Of a stretch of 64,000 bases of DNA, positions 9,177 through 19,036 are shown piece by piece (the first letter of the stretch is position 1; every line of letters starts with the position of its first letter). Source of the stretch: Escherichia phage UE-S1; sequence record ON568341.1, one strand, 5' to 3'. The notes under the pieces are model-generated. The model made no database searches. It had not been told where the DNA came from and saw only the letters and a program-made list of their open reading frames with translations. The position numbers and the translations under genes are program-made.

Positions 9177-11426
9177 TTAGTCAACTATACTATCGTGACG
9201 TTTAAGTGCACGGATTACAATTGCAGCTTGAATTTGTTGTGTAAAAGAACCACCTGCACCAAAATCATGAACGATTTTATTAACACGATAAATTGTTTGA
9301 TTAAACGTAGTTGGTGTATTAATATCCAATACACCAGTGTTATCATTAATTGACACTACTGGTTGTAATTTTAATAATAGATATGCTTCAGATGTTATGT
9401 AGTTTGCTACGTGATAATCATCTGGATTAATTTCCATATCCTCACCATTAATTACTTGCTCTAGATATTGTAAGTACGAGTAATCACTCCATCCTAACCA
9501 ATATGGATCACCAACTACACGCATATCAAGCTTGCACAAAAAAGGTCTATTGTAATAGTTGTCACGTATTTTACGTCTATCCATTTCATATGTACTACTG
9601 TTATCGTTTAGAGAAGCCGATAACGTCGTTTCATTATTGGTTGCTTCAGTAGGCATTGTGAATACTTCACCATAACGATGTCCAATCCCATCAGTTCCTT
9701 CATCGTTTTCTTCATATGTAGTGACATAATCTTCAATATATTGTGGTAACACATTTACTTGATAATTATTATAACGGTCTTGTTCTTCAGCGTTCCCGAC
9801 CTGCATTTGGTTTTTAGCCAACGTATCAATTTCTGACAATAAATCTTGTTGGTCTTTTGTTAACATTCCACCCATATCACGTGTTACACGCAAATCACTT
9901 GTTTTTGCCCATGCATCTGGTATACTATTATATTGCACACCTTGTATATTCAATTCTTGTGAGTTATGTGTACCAGAATGGTTTGCCACGTCTTGAATTG
10001 GCCCTGGGTTACGGGTAGTGGCTACGAAAAATTGTTGGTCAAATTTTAAATCCAAATCAATTATCTCACTATTAAGACCACTAAACTGATAATTATAAGT
10101 TTTTATATTCAATTTTGGTTTTTGATCGATAGGATCTACATATTTTTCCGCATTCTCAAAGAAATATTCAAATGTGAAATTTTCTGGTTGTAAATCAGAT
10201 TCATGTACAATATCACCTATCTTAAATTTAACTATATAAAAAATAACTTTATAAACTGAAGTGTTACGATAATTATCAAAACCAATATATTGTTTTATTG
10301 GTATAATATTAACAAATTGTCGTACACTGGTGCTCTCATCTGCTTGTACTGTACAAGTATCAATAACATCATCAATAATTCTGGATATAGGAGTACTTGG
10401 GTTCCATGAAAAGTTTTTAGAACCTTGGGTTCCACTTTTAGTTGTTCCAGCTTCTGCCATTTGTTTAGAATCATAATTTATAAACAAATCTTGTAAATCA
10501 GGAGCAACTTTAAATTCAAAAAATTTGCCATCAGATAATTCACCAAATTTATATCTAAGATACCCATATTGTTGGTCAGCCATCTGATTTAATTTATCTT
10601 CCAAATCAAAACAGAAATCACCAAAGTTTTCAGCCGTACAATTAAATGGTTCTTTAAGTGTCCATTCAATATTATCAACCAATGCTGCTCTATTATGAAC
10701 TAAACTCATAGAATACATCATAGTACTTCCACTTTGTGATGCACTAGCCGTTATACTATTAATTTTAACTGACCATCTTCGTGTTGTTTCAGGAATAATT
10801 TCAGGGATTCCATTCTTATTAAAACCTATGAACTTTAATTCCAATATCAAAGGTAAGTCCATGAATTTATGAAATCTAAGTTTATTACTTAACGATATTA
10901 GTTCATCATATAGACTCATACTATTATTTTCAGACATATTAAGAACAGCCGTATTGAAACAATAGTTAGTTGTCATTCCAGGTGTGGATGGTCCAGCTTG
11001 CGTCATTTGTACACTTGTGATATTATATTTTCCACTAACACCACTTTCAGATATAACATGACGCTGCACGTCGGCATCTGGATAAAGCCAAAAATTTTTA
11101 AAATCATCCTTATCCAACGCAAACAGACAAAAATGCCAAGTTGGATTATCATATTTTAATAGTTTGTTGTTGTATGGTATCACAAATTGACTTAAATCTA
11201 AATCTTCATAAACTTGTCCCATACCAGCACTCTGTGATGGCAATGACTCAACATTACTAACATTTGCTTTATAGTTATTTTTTGTAATAGCTTTCACGTC
11301 ATTTTGTAATGTATTAGCGGTAGCTTTCAAACTATCCAATGAATTAGATGCAGTTGTTTTTGTCTTCTTATTAATACTTGAAATATCATTTTGAAAATTA
11401 TCAACTGTACTTCGTAAATCTGCCAT
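9177..11426 (-). CDS. Putative baseplate hub protein (gp27-like position), 749 aa
   Basis: Immediately upstream of, and nearly abutting, the gp5-like gene on the same strand; no diagnostic motif recognised, call by synteny only. Confidence 0.3.
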   Translation of the reverse strand: MADLRSTVDNFQNDISSINKKTKTTASNSLDSLKATANTLQNDVKAITKNNYKANVSNVESLPSQSAGMGQVYEDLDLSQFVIPYNNKLLKYDNPTWHFCLFALDKDDFKNFWLYPDADVQRHVISESGVSGKYNITSVQMTQAGPSTPGMTTNYCFNTAVLNMSENNSMSLYDELISLSNKLRFHKFMDLPLILELKFIGFNKNGIPEIIPETTRRWSVKINSITASASQSGSTMMYSMSLVHNRAALVDNIEWTLKEPFNCTAENFGDFCFDLEDKLNQMADQQYGYLRYKFGELSDGKFFEFKVAPDLQDLFINYDSKQMAEAGTTKSGTQGSKNFSWNPSTPISRIIDDVIDTCTVQADESTSVRQFVNIIPIKQYIGFDNYRNTSVYKVIFYIVKFKIGDIVHESDLQPENFTFEYFFENAEKYVDPIDQKPKLNIKTYNYQFSGLNSEIIDLDLKFDQQFFVATTRNPGPIQDVANHSGTHNSQELNIQGVQYNSIPDAWAKTSDLRVTRDMGGMLTKDQQDLLSEIDTLAKNQMQVGNAEEQDRYNNYQVNVLPQYIEDYVTTYEENDEGTDGIGHRYGEVFTMPTEATNNETTLSASLNDNSSTYEMDRRKIRDNYYNRPFLCKLDMRVVGDPYWLGWSDYSYLQYLEQVINGEDMEINPDDYHVANYITSEAYLLLKLQPVVSINDNTGVLDINTPTTFNQTIYRVNKIVHDFGAGGSFTQQIQAAIVIRALKRHDSIVD

Positions 11427-11437
11427 GTGTTACTCCA

Positions 11438-11752
11438 TTAGCCTATGTTTCGAGTACCATTAAGATAGTTTTGTACTCTTTGATTTGCTGGTATTCTAAT
11501 TGTTACTCCACTTTTAAAATTATATATAGGATCTTCTCCTAATATATCTGGATTTAACAATGCAAAAATATAATATAGACGTTCATTGCCATACATCTCG
11601 TAGGCTAAACGCCAGGGTTGATATTCATACTTCAATGGGATCTCATAAAAATCATCAGTATCAGCAGGAACTATATCTCGTGGTAAATTATAACCAAGAT
11701 ACCAAGATTGTTTCACCTTAGCATAAGGTGAGTATTGACTATAGTTGGACAT
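11438..11752 (-). CDS. Hypothetical baseplate-module protein (104 aa)
   Basis: ORF in the minus-strand baseplate operon; start overlaps upstream gene stop. Confidence 0.4.
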   Translation of the reverse strand: MSNYSQYSPYAKVKQSWYLGYNLPRDIVPADTDDFYEIPLKYEYQPWRLAYEMYGNERLYYIFALLNPDILGEDPIYNFKSGVTIRIPANQRVQNYLNGTRNIG

Positions 11753-12483
11753 TAAATAAATCCTCCTTTGCGTAATAGTTCACCTCGTTTAAATGCATTG
11801 AGGTTAAACGTTTTAGTCATATAATCAGATGTCGGTTGTTCTTCAAGTTGTAACATAACTGATATTTTTTGTGGAACCCAAACTTCATCTTGTGGATTCA
11901 TATATCCAGTACTTCTAAGTTGTTCGAAGAATTTTCTACTATCCATATCGGATAAATTAAAAGTACTGTCACTACTATTCAAAGGAACTTGAATATAAGA
12001 AACATCATTAGGATATGTAAAATTATAAGATTTTAAAATTACCGGAATATCATTATATGTGTAACGACCATATCCACTTAAAAGTAAAATTGGTGGTGGT
12101 GCACCAGCAATTGCCAATTCGGGGTTATTAGCAGATGCTGCTTGTCTACCAAAATCCATCAATGAAACCGAACGTATAAAATGAACACATGCCAATGCAT
12201 ACATGGCTTCTGCTGCCGTATTAGCATAAAATTCACCCTGAATAGTGAAAACCGTATTGGTGGTGTTTTTGTAATTATTATAGTTACTATTGGTATGTAT
12301 AGGTGACTGTGTTTCATACTGAATTGACCTTTGTTCAGTAATTATTGGTGTTACAGTCCAAACCAACCCATTAGTTGGACGCAGAAACGAAAGTAGTGTT
12401 GGTTCGGAGCTATCCCCGAAATCACCATATACATAGTTAGCACCTGCGGCTTTAGGTCGTAATCGAATTCTACGATCAATCAT
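11752..12483 (-). CDS. Hypothetical baseplate/tail protein (about 244 aa from ATG at 12483; ORF track extends to a GTG at 12540)
   Basis: GGAG RBS 9 nt before ATG(12483, MIDRR…); late promoter TATAAATA on minus strand at 12518-12525. Confidence 0.4.
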   Translation of the reverse strand: MIDRRIRLRPKAAGANYVYGDFGDSSEPTLLSFLRPTNGLVWTVTPIITEQRSIQYETQSPIHTNSNYNNYKNTTNTVFTIQGEFYANTAAEAMYALACVHFIRSVSLMDFGRQAASANNPELAIAGAPPPILLLSGYGRYTYNDIPVILKSYNFTYPNDVSYIQVPLNSSDSTFNLSDMDSRKFFEQLRSTGYMNPQDEVWVPQKISVMLQLEEQPTSDYMTKTFNLNAFKRGELLRKGGFI

Positions 12484-12517
12484 CTTTTGATTCTCCATCA
12501 TAAGGGAACATTTGATG

Positions 12518-12525
12518 TATTTATA
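12518..12525 (-). promoter_or_regulatory. Late promoter (TATAAATA) for the minus-strand baseplate operon
   Basis: Exact TATAAATA on minus strand about 34 nt upstream of ATG 12483. Confidence 0.5.
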
Positions 12526-12527
12526 CG

Positions 12528-12556
12528 TGGGACAAAACACTTTTTGGTGCTATAAT
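12528..12556 (+). promoter_or_regulatory. Sigma70-like promoter with phage-specific upstream box (GTGGGACAA-N14-TGCTATAAT)
   Basis: Member of a recurrent motif family (see findings); about 57 nt upstream of gp55-like start. Confidence 0.5.
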
Positions 12557-12613
12557 AACATTGATGGTATAAGGATTGTATCTATTGGATTTAAACATGG
12601 AGAGTTGAATATA

Positions 12614-13453
12614 ATGACAAATAGACCAAAGCGTAAAAAGTATCTCAATAATGCTGATTTACTTCGTGAAATACAAAAAAGTAAGATTTCATATTGCTGG
12701 TTATTAGACAAATCATATAGTATGTATGATTATATCGTTTTTCATGAGTCAGAAATTACTGCTGAGTTACTTGAAAAAGCAAAAGCAGCACGAATTAAAC
12801 GACTTAACAATGAAATGCTTGATAGTATTCGTGCAAAGGAAAATATGAGTGCTAAAAAAGCGAAAGAATATGCAGAAGAAAATAATCTAGTTATTACTGA
12901 TGTTCCAATTGATGAAGTAGTTATTCGTGTTATTACAGATGAACACATCCCACCAGATACTAGAGTTAATTTTGAACCTTTCAAACATTATATCGTAGAT
13001 AATGAAGGTATTCTTTATGAAGTATGTCGCTCTCATTGGAAAGGTGACCTTGAATCTGGGGAATTTAGTACTGTTCATGGTAAAATAACAAATGAACTAG
13101 GGAAAATGTTCATTAAACTAGCAGAGGAAATCTCACATAAATCTAACTATAGAAACTATACATACTTAGATGAAATGATGGGTGATGCAAGAATACAATT
13201 AGTTAAAAATGCACTTCTCTTTAAAGAGAGTATTCTTTATAAAAAAGACAAACCCGCTGTACAACTAAATCCTTTCTCTTACTATACATCATTCGTAAAC
13301 AATAGTTTTCGTTCAATTTTGAATAGTGAGAAAAATGTTCGAAATATACGTGATGATTTACTTGAAATGCATGGCTTTACACCATCACATACACGTCAAA
13401 TTGAAATTGAATTGAACATGATTGAAAGGAAAAATGAAGATGGCACTGTTTGA
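12614..13453 (+). CDS. Late-transcription sigma factor, gp55-like (280 aa) with about 110-aa internal insertion
   Basis: N-terminus (RPKRKKYLNNADLLREI) and core/C-terminal segments (GKITNELGKMFIKLAEEISHKSNYRNYTYLDEMMGDARIQLVKN; NPFSYYTSFVNNSFRSIL) resemble T4 gp55 as recalled; RBS GGAGAG; adjacent to gp47/gp46 as in T4. Start taken at ATG 12614 rather than ORF-track 12512. Confidence 0.7.
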   Translation: MTNRPKRKKYLNNADLLREIQKSKISYCWLLDKSYSMYDYIVFHESEITAELLEKAKAARIKRLNNEMLDSIRAKENMSAKKAKEYAEENNLVITDVPIDEVVIRVITDEHIPPDTRVNFEPFKHYIVDNEGILYEVCRSHWKGDLESGEFSTVHGKITNELGKMFIKLAEEISHKSNYRNYTYLDEMMGDARIQLVKNALLFKESILYKKDKPAVQLNPFSYYTSFVNNSFRSILNSEKNVRNIRDDLLEMHGFTPSHTRQIEIELNMIERKNEDGTV

Positions 13454-14471
13454 TAAAGCAATTACATTCACTGATATCCATTTAGGTTTAAAGAATAACA
13501 GCAAGCAGCACAATGAAGATTGTTTAAACTTCATTAAATTTATGATTGATGTAGCTAAAAAAAATAATATTAAATTTTGTGTTTTTATGGGTGATTATTT
13601 TCACAATAGAAGTAATATAAATATCCAAACACTAAACTATGGTTTACAAATACTTCAATTACTAAATGATAATTTTGAAAAAGTTTATTTTCTAGTTGGG
13701 AACCATGATATGTATCACAAAAACAAACGTGATATAACAAGTATCAACATGGCCCAAGTTTATGAAAATATAGAATTCATAAACGAAATTACAACGATTG
13801 ATGATTGTACTTTTATTCCTTTCATGATTGAAGATGAATATAAGTTGTTACCACAACTAAAAAGTAAGTATGTTTTTGGACACCTAGAATTACCAGGTTA
13901 CTTACTTAACAAAATGGTCGAAATGCCCGACCATGGTAAAGAAACAGAGGGTTCTTTTGGTGGTTGTGAGTATGTTTTTAGTGGGCATTTTCATAAGAGA
14001 CAATCAAAAACAACATCAAAGGGAACTCGTGTAGTTTATACTGGTAATTGTTTCCCACATAATTTTTCCGATACATGGGATGATGCAAGAGGTGTGATGA
14101 TTTTAGAACATGGAAAAGAACCAATTTTCAATTCTTGGACAGAAGCACCAAAATATAGAACATTTACACTTTCAGAACTTTTGACTGACCCAAGTTATTA
14201 TCTTCAAGAGAATACAATTTCAAAGGTTCAAGTTGATATTGCGATAACTACAGATGAAATTAGTTTTATTCGTGATACTTTCACTAAACTTTATAACATA
14301 CGTGAATTTAACGTAGTTACTAGTAAACAAAGTATATCAGAATTGATTGAAGATGGTAAAAGCTTTGAAAGTACTGAGTCAGTTGATGAGATTGTTTTAC
14401 AACAAATTATGGAAATTGATTCACCAATGTTCGATAAAAATCTTCTAATCCAAATTTACAGATCGCTATAA
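13440..14471 (+). CDS. Recombination nuclease subunit gp47 (Mre11/SbcD-like phosphoesterase)
   Basis: Calcineurin-like phosphoesterase motifs FTDIHLG, GDYFHN, GNHD, GHLE, SGHFH; RBS AAAGGA; overlaps gp55-like stop. Confidence 0.9.
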   Translation: MALFDKAITFTDIHLGLKNNSKQHNEDCLNFIKFMIDVAKKNNIKFCVFMGDYFHNRSNINIQTLNYGLQILQLLNDNFEKVYFLVGNHDMYHKNKRDITSINMAQVYENIEFINEITTIDDCTFIPFMIEDEYKLLPQLKSKYVFGHLELPGYLLNKMVEMPDHGKETEGSFGGCEYVFSGHFHKRQSKTTSKGTRVVYTGNCFPHNFSDTWDDARGVMILEHGKEPIFNSWTEAPKYRTFTLSELLTDPSYYLQENTISKVQVDIAITTDEISFIRDTFTKLYNIREFNVVTSKQSISELIEDGKSFESTESVDEIVLQQIMEIDSPMFDKNLLIQIYRSL

Positions 14472-14479
14472 GGGAATAT

Positions 14480-16627
14480 ATGCTAAACATTACACGTATA
14501 TCAATGAGGAACTTCTTTTCATTTGGGAACGCACCACAATCAATAGAATTGAATAGTTCTGATATTTCATTAGTTCTTGGGCAAAATAATGATGCAGTTA
14601 TTGAAGGTGGTGATAGCACTGGACGACGAAATGGAGTAGGGAAAAGTGCTATTATTCAAGGATTAGTTTTTGGCTTATTTGGGAAAAGTATTGGTAATGA
14701 TATTAAAATTCCCAACCTAGTCAACAAAACTAATGGCAAAAATTGTGAAGTAGTTATAGAGTTTGAAAAAGATGGTGTGCAATATATAGTTGAGCGTGGG
14801 AGAAGTCCTACGTATTTCAATTTTATCACATTAGGAAAAGATAATAAGATTGAAGATGAATCGAGAGGTGAAAAAAAAGACACACAAGAAGATTTGAATG
14901 AAATTCTTGGAATATCTCAATTATTATTTGAACATATTGTAGTTCTTAATGCGAACGTAGAACCGTTTTTGGCTTTATCATCTCAAAAACAACGTGATAT
15001 GATAGAAGAACTTCTTGGAATAACACAGTTGACTGAAAAAGCTGAAATTCTAAAGGAGATGTACAAGGATACTAAACGTTTAGCCGAACAAGAAAAGTTC
15101 AAAAATGAAACTGTGGCTGCAAGCAATGAACGCATTCAAAAAAGTATTGAAGTACTTCAAGAACAGGCTAACCAATTTGAGATTGATAAAAGTAATAGAG
15201 TATCTAAGCTAAATGAAGAGTTGAATATATATAAAACTTTAGATTTCAATGATCTCTACCAAGCTGCTGAAGAGAAAGAGAAAGCTCTTATTCATAACGC
15301 AAAGCGTGGTGAAATTGAACGCCGTGTACAAGAGTTGGCTTTAAAATATGATGCTTATGAACGTGAACTTGAAACGTCCAAGCGAGTGTTAAATCTAAGC
15401 ATTGATAATTTAAAAACGATTGATATTAGTTCGGAATTGGAAAATCACAAGGAGTTGGAAATATGGAAACAGTTAGAGGCTATTCTTAAAGAGAATAATA
15501 ATCAAAAACGTTTCAAAGAACAAAAGCTCAACTCACTAAAAGTTGCGTTGAATGGATATAAATGTTCAATTAATACTGAAATCGATAAATTATCAACAGT
15601 TGAAAGCAGTAAATGTCCACTTTGTATGTCTGATTTGGAACATAACGAACATACATCTTCAATTAAAGACAAAATTCAAAGTTCTATTAGTGATCTTCAA
15701 ACCAAAATTGATAGTTCTTCTTCAGAAATTGAAACATTACTTAAAGAAATTGAGAGTATTGAGATTTTTGATATGCCACCTAAACCAGTGACATACTATA
15801 ATACACTTTCAGAAGCACAAATGCATGAACATAAGCTTCAAGAACTGATTAAAAAGAGCGAAGAAGAACCAATAAACATCTATGCTAACGAACTTATGTC
15901 ATCATATGATGAACTTAACTCATATGAACTAATGGAAGTACCAGATACATTAAACAAGTACGAAGTTAAAGAGCTAGAAATGACCGTAAGCTCGTTATCA
16001 CAGCAATTAGAACGTGAATTGAAGACTACTAACACTTTTATTAGCCAAATTAACACCCTTAAGACAGATTCTTTAGTTACAATAGACTATAGTGACTATA
16101 ATAATCTTGATAAAATGTCAAATCACCAAGATTTTTTGGTTAAATTACTATTGAACAAGGATTCTTATGTCCGTAAGCGTATTATTGAGCAAAATATCTC
16201 ATATTTGAATACACGACTTCAGTATTATATCGATATGTGCGGTTCTGAGCACAATGTTGTCTTTTTGAATGATTTGAGTGTTGAAATTGAGAAAAGTGGG
16301 CAGTACTTTGACTATAAACAGCTTAGTAGGGGTGAGCGTACAAGGGTAAACATCGCATTATCTTGTGCTTTCCGTGATACATATGAGTCATTATACCAAA
16401 GTATTAATATTCTTATCATTGATGAGATGATTGACCAAGGTCTTGACTCAAGTGGTGTTCTACGTGTGTGGTCTATCTTCCAAGATATGGCTGCTGTACG
16501 TGGTAAGAATGTTTATGCTATTTCCCACAGAGAAGAGTTACTTTCTAAGACTGAAAAAATCCTCAAAGTTGTTAAAGAGGACGGATTCAGTACTGTTGAA
16601 TATGCAACTCTTGATGATGTTTTCTAA
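14480..16627 (+). CDS. Recombination nuclease ATPase gp46 (Rad50/SbcC-like)
   Basis: Walker A GRRNGVGKS, long coiled-coil, CxxC zinc-hook (CPLCMSD), Walker B/D-loop LIIDEMIDQGLD. Confidence 0.9.
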   Translation: MLNITRISMRNFFSFGNAPQSIELNSSDISLVLGQNNDAVIEGGDSTGRRNGVGKSAIIQGLVFGLFGKSIGNDIKIPNLVNKTNGKNCEVVIEFEKDGVQYIVERGRSPTYFNFITLGKDNKIEDESRGEKKDTQEDLNEILGISQLLFEHIVVLNANVEPFLALSSQKQRDMIEELLGITQLTEKAEILKEMYKDTKRLAEQEKFKNETVAASNERIQKSIEVLQEQANQFEIDKSNRVSKLNEELNIYKTLDFNDLYQAAEEKEKALIHNAKRGEIERRVQELALKYDAYERELETSKRVLNLSIDNLKTIDISSELENHKELEIWKQLEAILKENNNQKRFKEQKLNSLKVALNGYKCSINTEIDKLSTVESSKCPLCMSDLEHNEHTSSIKDKIQSSISDLQTKIDSSSSEIETLLKEIESIEIFDMPPKPVTYYNTLSEAQMHEHKLQELIKKSEEEPINIYANELMSSYDELNSYELMEVPDTLNKYEVKELEMTVSSLSQQLERELKTTNTFISQINTLKTDSLVTIDYSDYNNLDKMSNHQDFLVKLLLNKDSYVRKRIIEQNISYLNTRLQYYIDMCGSEHNVVFLNDLSVEIEKSGQYFDYKQLSRGERTRVNIALSCAFRDTYESLYQSINILIIDEMIDQGLDSSGVLRVWSIFQDMAAVRGKNVYAISHREELLSKTEKILKVVKEDGFSTVEYATLDDVF

Positions 16628-16639
16628 TTAAAAGATAAA

Positions 16640-16662
16640 GGGAGCCTTAGCTCCCTTTTTTT
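16640..16662 (+). terminator. Rho-independent terminator after gp46 (overlaps the stop of the convergent minus-strand gene)
   Basis: gggagc-ctta-gctccc followed by T7. Confidence 0.7.
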
Positions 16663-17138
16663 ACATCAACCATATTTAATTTACCGTCCTTAATCAGCTT
16701 TCTAGCTTGTTTTGCACGAGTAGTAGTGTTACTGCCAGGGACAACTCCGAACCCTTCCAGAATCTCGTTTTGCTGCGTTGCTGGGAGCCTTTTAAATTTA
16801 TTAGTATCCACTGTTAGTGCCGTGTGATGTATAACTTGCTCTTCTGGTGGAATATTATTGTTCTTTTCAAGGTAGTCAGCAAGGTTGCGTAGTACTTCAT
16901 GCAATGGCTTATCTGTTAAATGACTAAGACAGCGTTTAAATGAATTTGCAACCCTTCCTTCCCATCCATTCACCTCATTTTGAAGAACCTGTCTACAATG
17001 TTGATTTCCACCATGATAGTGATCCAGAACTGGTTTAGTTATTTTTATGCCTATGATGGGGTCAATGCCATTTTGTTTATTTAGCAATTCAGTTCGATAG
17101 TTTGCAGCATCCTTACTATCTTTTAATCTTTTTTTCAT
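16647..17138 (-). CDS. Putative recombination endonuclease VII-like protein (163 aa)
   Basis: Segment LDHYHGGNQHCRQVLQNEVNGWEG resembles the EndoVII LDHDH…CN…EG core; size close to T4 gp49; neighbourhood of gp55 as in T4. Canonical Cys ligands not all obvious. Confidence 0.45.
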   Translation of the reverse strand: MKKRLKDSKDAANYRTELLNKQNGIDPIIGIKITKPVLDHYHGGNQHCRQVLQNEVNGWEGRVANSFKRCLSHLTDKPLHEVLRNLADYLEKNNNIPPEEQVIHHTALTVDTNKFKRLPATQQNEILEGFGVVPGSNTTTRAKQARKLIKDGKLNMVDVKKGS

Positions 17139-17227
17139 AATTCCTCACCAAACTATTTGTCATCACAATATTTATAGATTAGTTATTTGCAATATTTTAA
17201 GTACTTAATGAATATTTTATAAAAATA

Positions 17228-17257
17228 GTGAGACAACTTTAAAATTTGTGCTATAAT
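17228..17257 (+). promoter_or_regulatory. Promoter (GTGAGACAA-N15-TGCTATAAT) driving the ORF-free locus
   Basis: Same box and spacing as the primase promoter at 56742-56771. Confidence 0.5.
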
Positions 17258-17263
17258 ATTTGT

Positions 17264-17736
17264 TGTAGTAATGACAATCCTGTTGAATGCAGAAATGCAT
17301 ATAAATGAGAACCTGATCCTATCGAAAATGTAGATGGCAGATGAGCAGTTCAACAGTGCGATGAGCAGAAGAAACCCGTCAGATGTGGGCATAGTTTGAA
17401 CCCCTCACGGCAATGCGGCTCAATAAAGAACTCCGATAAGCATACAGAGAGTTCCTAGATAGACATATAAGGATCGCACCTTACCAGATTTGCTAAGGGA
17501 GTTTATTAAGTGATTTTAATAAACAGCCTGAAGTTTGATTGTATAGACTTTCAGGTGAGTGTCAGGATGATTAAGACTGACGACCGTTGCATATGACCGT
17601 GATAGGGAGAAACCGAGCAACCCGCTTCCGTTTGCGATTGATCTTTTTACAATATAGATCCGTCCAAAATTCACGATACAATAAATGCTGAAACCATCAG
17701 CGTCAAGAAATAGAGACTTCATTGTCTCTTTTTTAT
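17264..17736 (+). ncRNA. Candidate structured non-coding RNA (about 470 nt), class unknown
   Basis: Bounded by promoter 17228-17257 and terminator 17712-17736; no plus-strand ORF of 60 aa or more; visibly higher GC than flanks; several local stem-loops (e.g. cccctgcgggggg at 17748-17760 just downstream). Confidence 0.3.
17712..17736 (+). terminator. Rho-independent terminator ending the ORF-free transcript
   Basis: agagac-ttcatt-gtctct followed by T6. Confidence 0.6.
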
Positions 17737-17951
17737 TGTCTTCATTCCCCTGCGGGGGGATGAAAATGTCCTCAACAAATCCCGTCAAGTATTAAATCTT
17801 TTAAAGTTCTTTATAATTAATTTAATGAAATGAATATGAGTTACGTAGTAACGAATATTCTTCAGCTAACGAATGAAATGAGTTAGATGAATCCAATAAT
17901 ATTAAAATTAATTCTTCCATAATTCAATTCAAATAATTCTGTAGTTTAATG

Positions 17952-17979
17952 AAAAAAAAAACCAGCAACAATGTGCTGG
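17952..17979 (-). terminator. Rho-independent terminator of the minus-strand operon ending at 17991
   Basis: Hairpin ccagca-acaatg-tgctgg preceded on plus strand by A10 (U-run on minus transcript). Confidence 0.65.
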
Positions 17980-17990
17980 TCGTGTGGGAT

Positions 17991-18200
17991 TTAGTGCTTC
18001 TCGTTTTGTTTTTTAATTTTTTTATTAAAAGACTTAACTAATAAGTCTCTATCTATTAATGGCATATTAAGAAGTGTTCCGTAATCAATATTATCCATAT
18101 ACACAGAACACTCCATTAGTGCATTTTTGATTTCTGACTTATTCAGTTCTATCTCCTTCAGTACTTCTTGTATTTCTTCAGGAGATGACTGGAGAAGCAT
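17991..18200 (-). CDS. Hypothetical protein (69 aa)
   Basis: Start overlaps upstream stop (TAATG coupling); followed by terminator. Confidence 0.4.
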   Translation of the reverse strand: MLLQSSPEEIQEVLKEIELNKSEIKNALMECSVYMDNIDYGTLLNMPLIDRDLLVKSFNKKIKKQNEKH

Positions 18201-19036
18201 TACTCGAAAAAATGACTAGGATCATATTTTAGTCCATCAATTTCCCATTGATGATTACATCCATCACACTCAACTTCCATACTATGCGATACTCCAATTT
18301 CAAGTACTTCATCCATTTTTTCACGAATTAGTTTAAGAACTCCTTTTGATTGTTGTCCAAGCCACTCATTAATGAATTCTTTTTCAACTACTTCATCACC
18401 ATCTGGAGTGATGATTTTTGCAATAACTCCACCAATCATATCAAAGTTTAGTTGTGCCATATTTTCAAATACTTCAGAAAATATTTTTACTTTTTCGTCT
18501 TGTTCAATCTCAGCAGTTTCTAGAAACTTAGTTTTCTGCTGCTCACTGAACATACGCTCAGCAAACGATGAATATTCTTTCCATGTTAGTGGTCTAAACT
18601 CTAAACGTAGTCCATTATCTAAATCAATAGATGGGATTTCTTCGAATGCTTGTGCAGTTTCAAGAAGATATGATAGATTACGTTCAAAACGACCTTCTTT
18701 TTCACATTCAGGACATACAGCGTTAATATCATATGTTTCTTCTTTAGATGCAACTTTAATAGCAATAAGAAGCATTTCAACGTCATTTACATATAACTCA
18801 TCAGCATCAATAACATTAGGAACACAGTTTTCAATGACACGTGATACTGCATCGCCGTTTAGTAACATATCTGGTGTATTGAGTGTCATTTCATCACGTG
18901 CACTACGTGCACAAACGCCACATTTGACACCTTTTGGACCTAAAACTCCGTCTTTATAAGGAATAATGCCGTTAGTAACTAATTTTGTACTGATCTCTTC
19001 AATTTTAGTGTACTTAGCAAGTGGATTCATAGCCAT
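18200..19036 (-). CDS. Hypothetical zinc-ribbon protein (278 aa; CxxC pairs at N-terminal, central and C-terminal positions)
   Basis: CGVC…CPEC…CDGC cysteine pairs; divergent from the plus-strand late operon. Confidence 0.45.
   Translation of the reverse strand: MAMNPLAKYTKIEEISTKLVTNGIIPYKDGVLGPKGVKCGVCARSARDEMTLNTPDMLLNGDAVSRVIENCVPNVIDADELYVNDVEMLLIAIKVASKEETYDINAVCPECEKEGRFERNLSYLLETAQAFEEIPSIDLDNGLRLEFRPLTWKEYSSFAERMFSEQQKTKFLETAEIEQDEKVKIFSEVFENMAQLNFDMIGGVIAKIITPDGDEVVEKEFINEWLGQQSKGVLKLIREKMDEVLEIGVSHSMEVECDGCNHQWEIDGLKYDPSHFFE

Noticed and set aside
12512-12613. ORF-track upstream extension of the gp55-like gene
   Set aside because: Extension would overlap the divergent promoter region; strong RBS and similarity to gp55 N-terminus begin at ATG 12614.
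17516-17788. 90-aa minus-strand ORF inside the ORF-free locus, with an LDADG-like string
   Set aside because: Begins with TTG, no RBS, no in-frame ATG until residue 23, lies in GC-rich structured sequence; the LDADG-like string is isolated with no second motif. Treated as non-coding.
17140-17990. Possible tRNA gene(s) in the gene-free interval
   Set aside because: No cloverleaf with a canonical T-arm (GTTCRANYC) and matching acceptor stem could be assembled on either strand by eye; tRNAscan-SE would be needed to exclude definitively.
18372-18959. 195-aa plus-strand ORF
   Set aside because: Completely antisense to the 278-aa minus-strand gene, Ser-rich low-complexity, no RBS.
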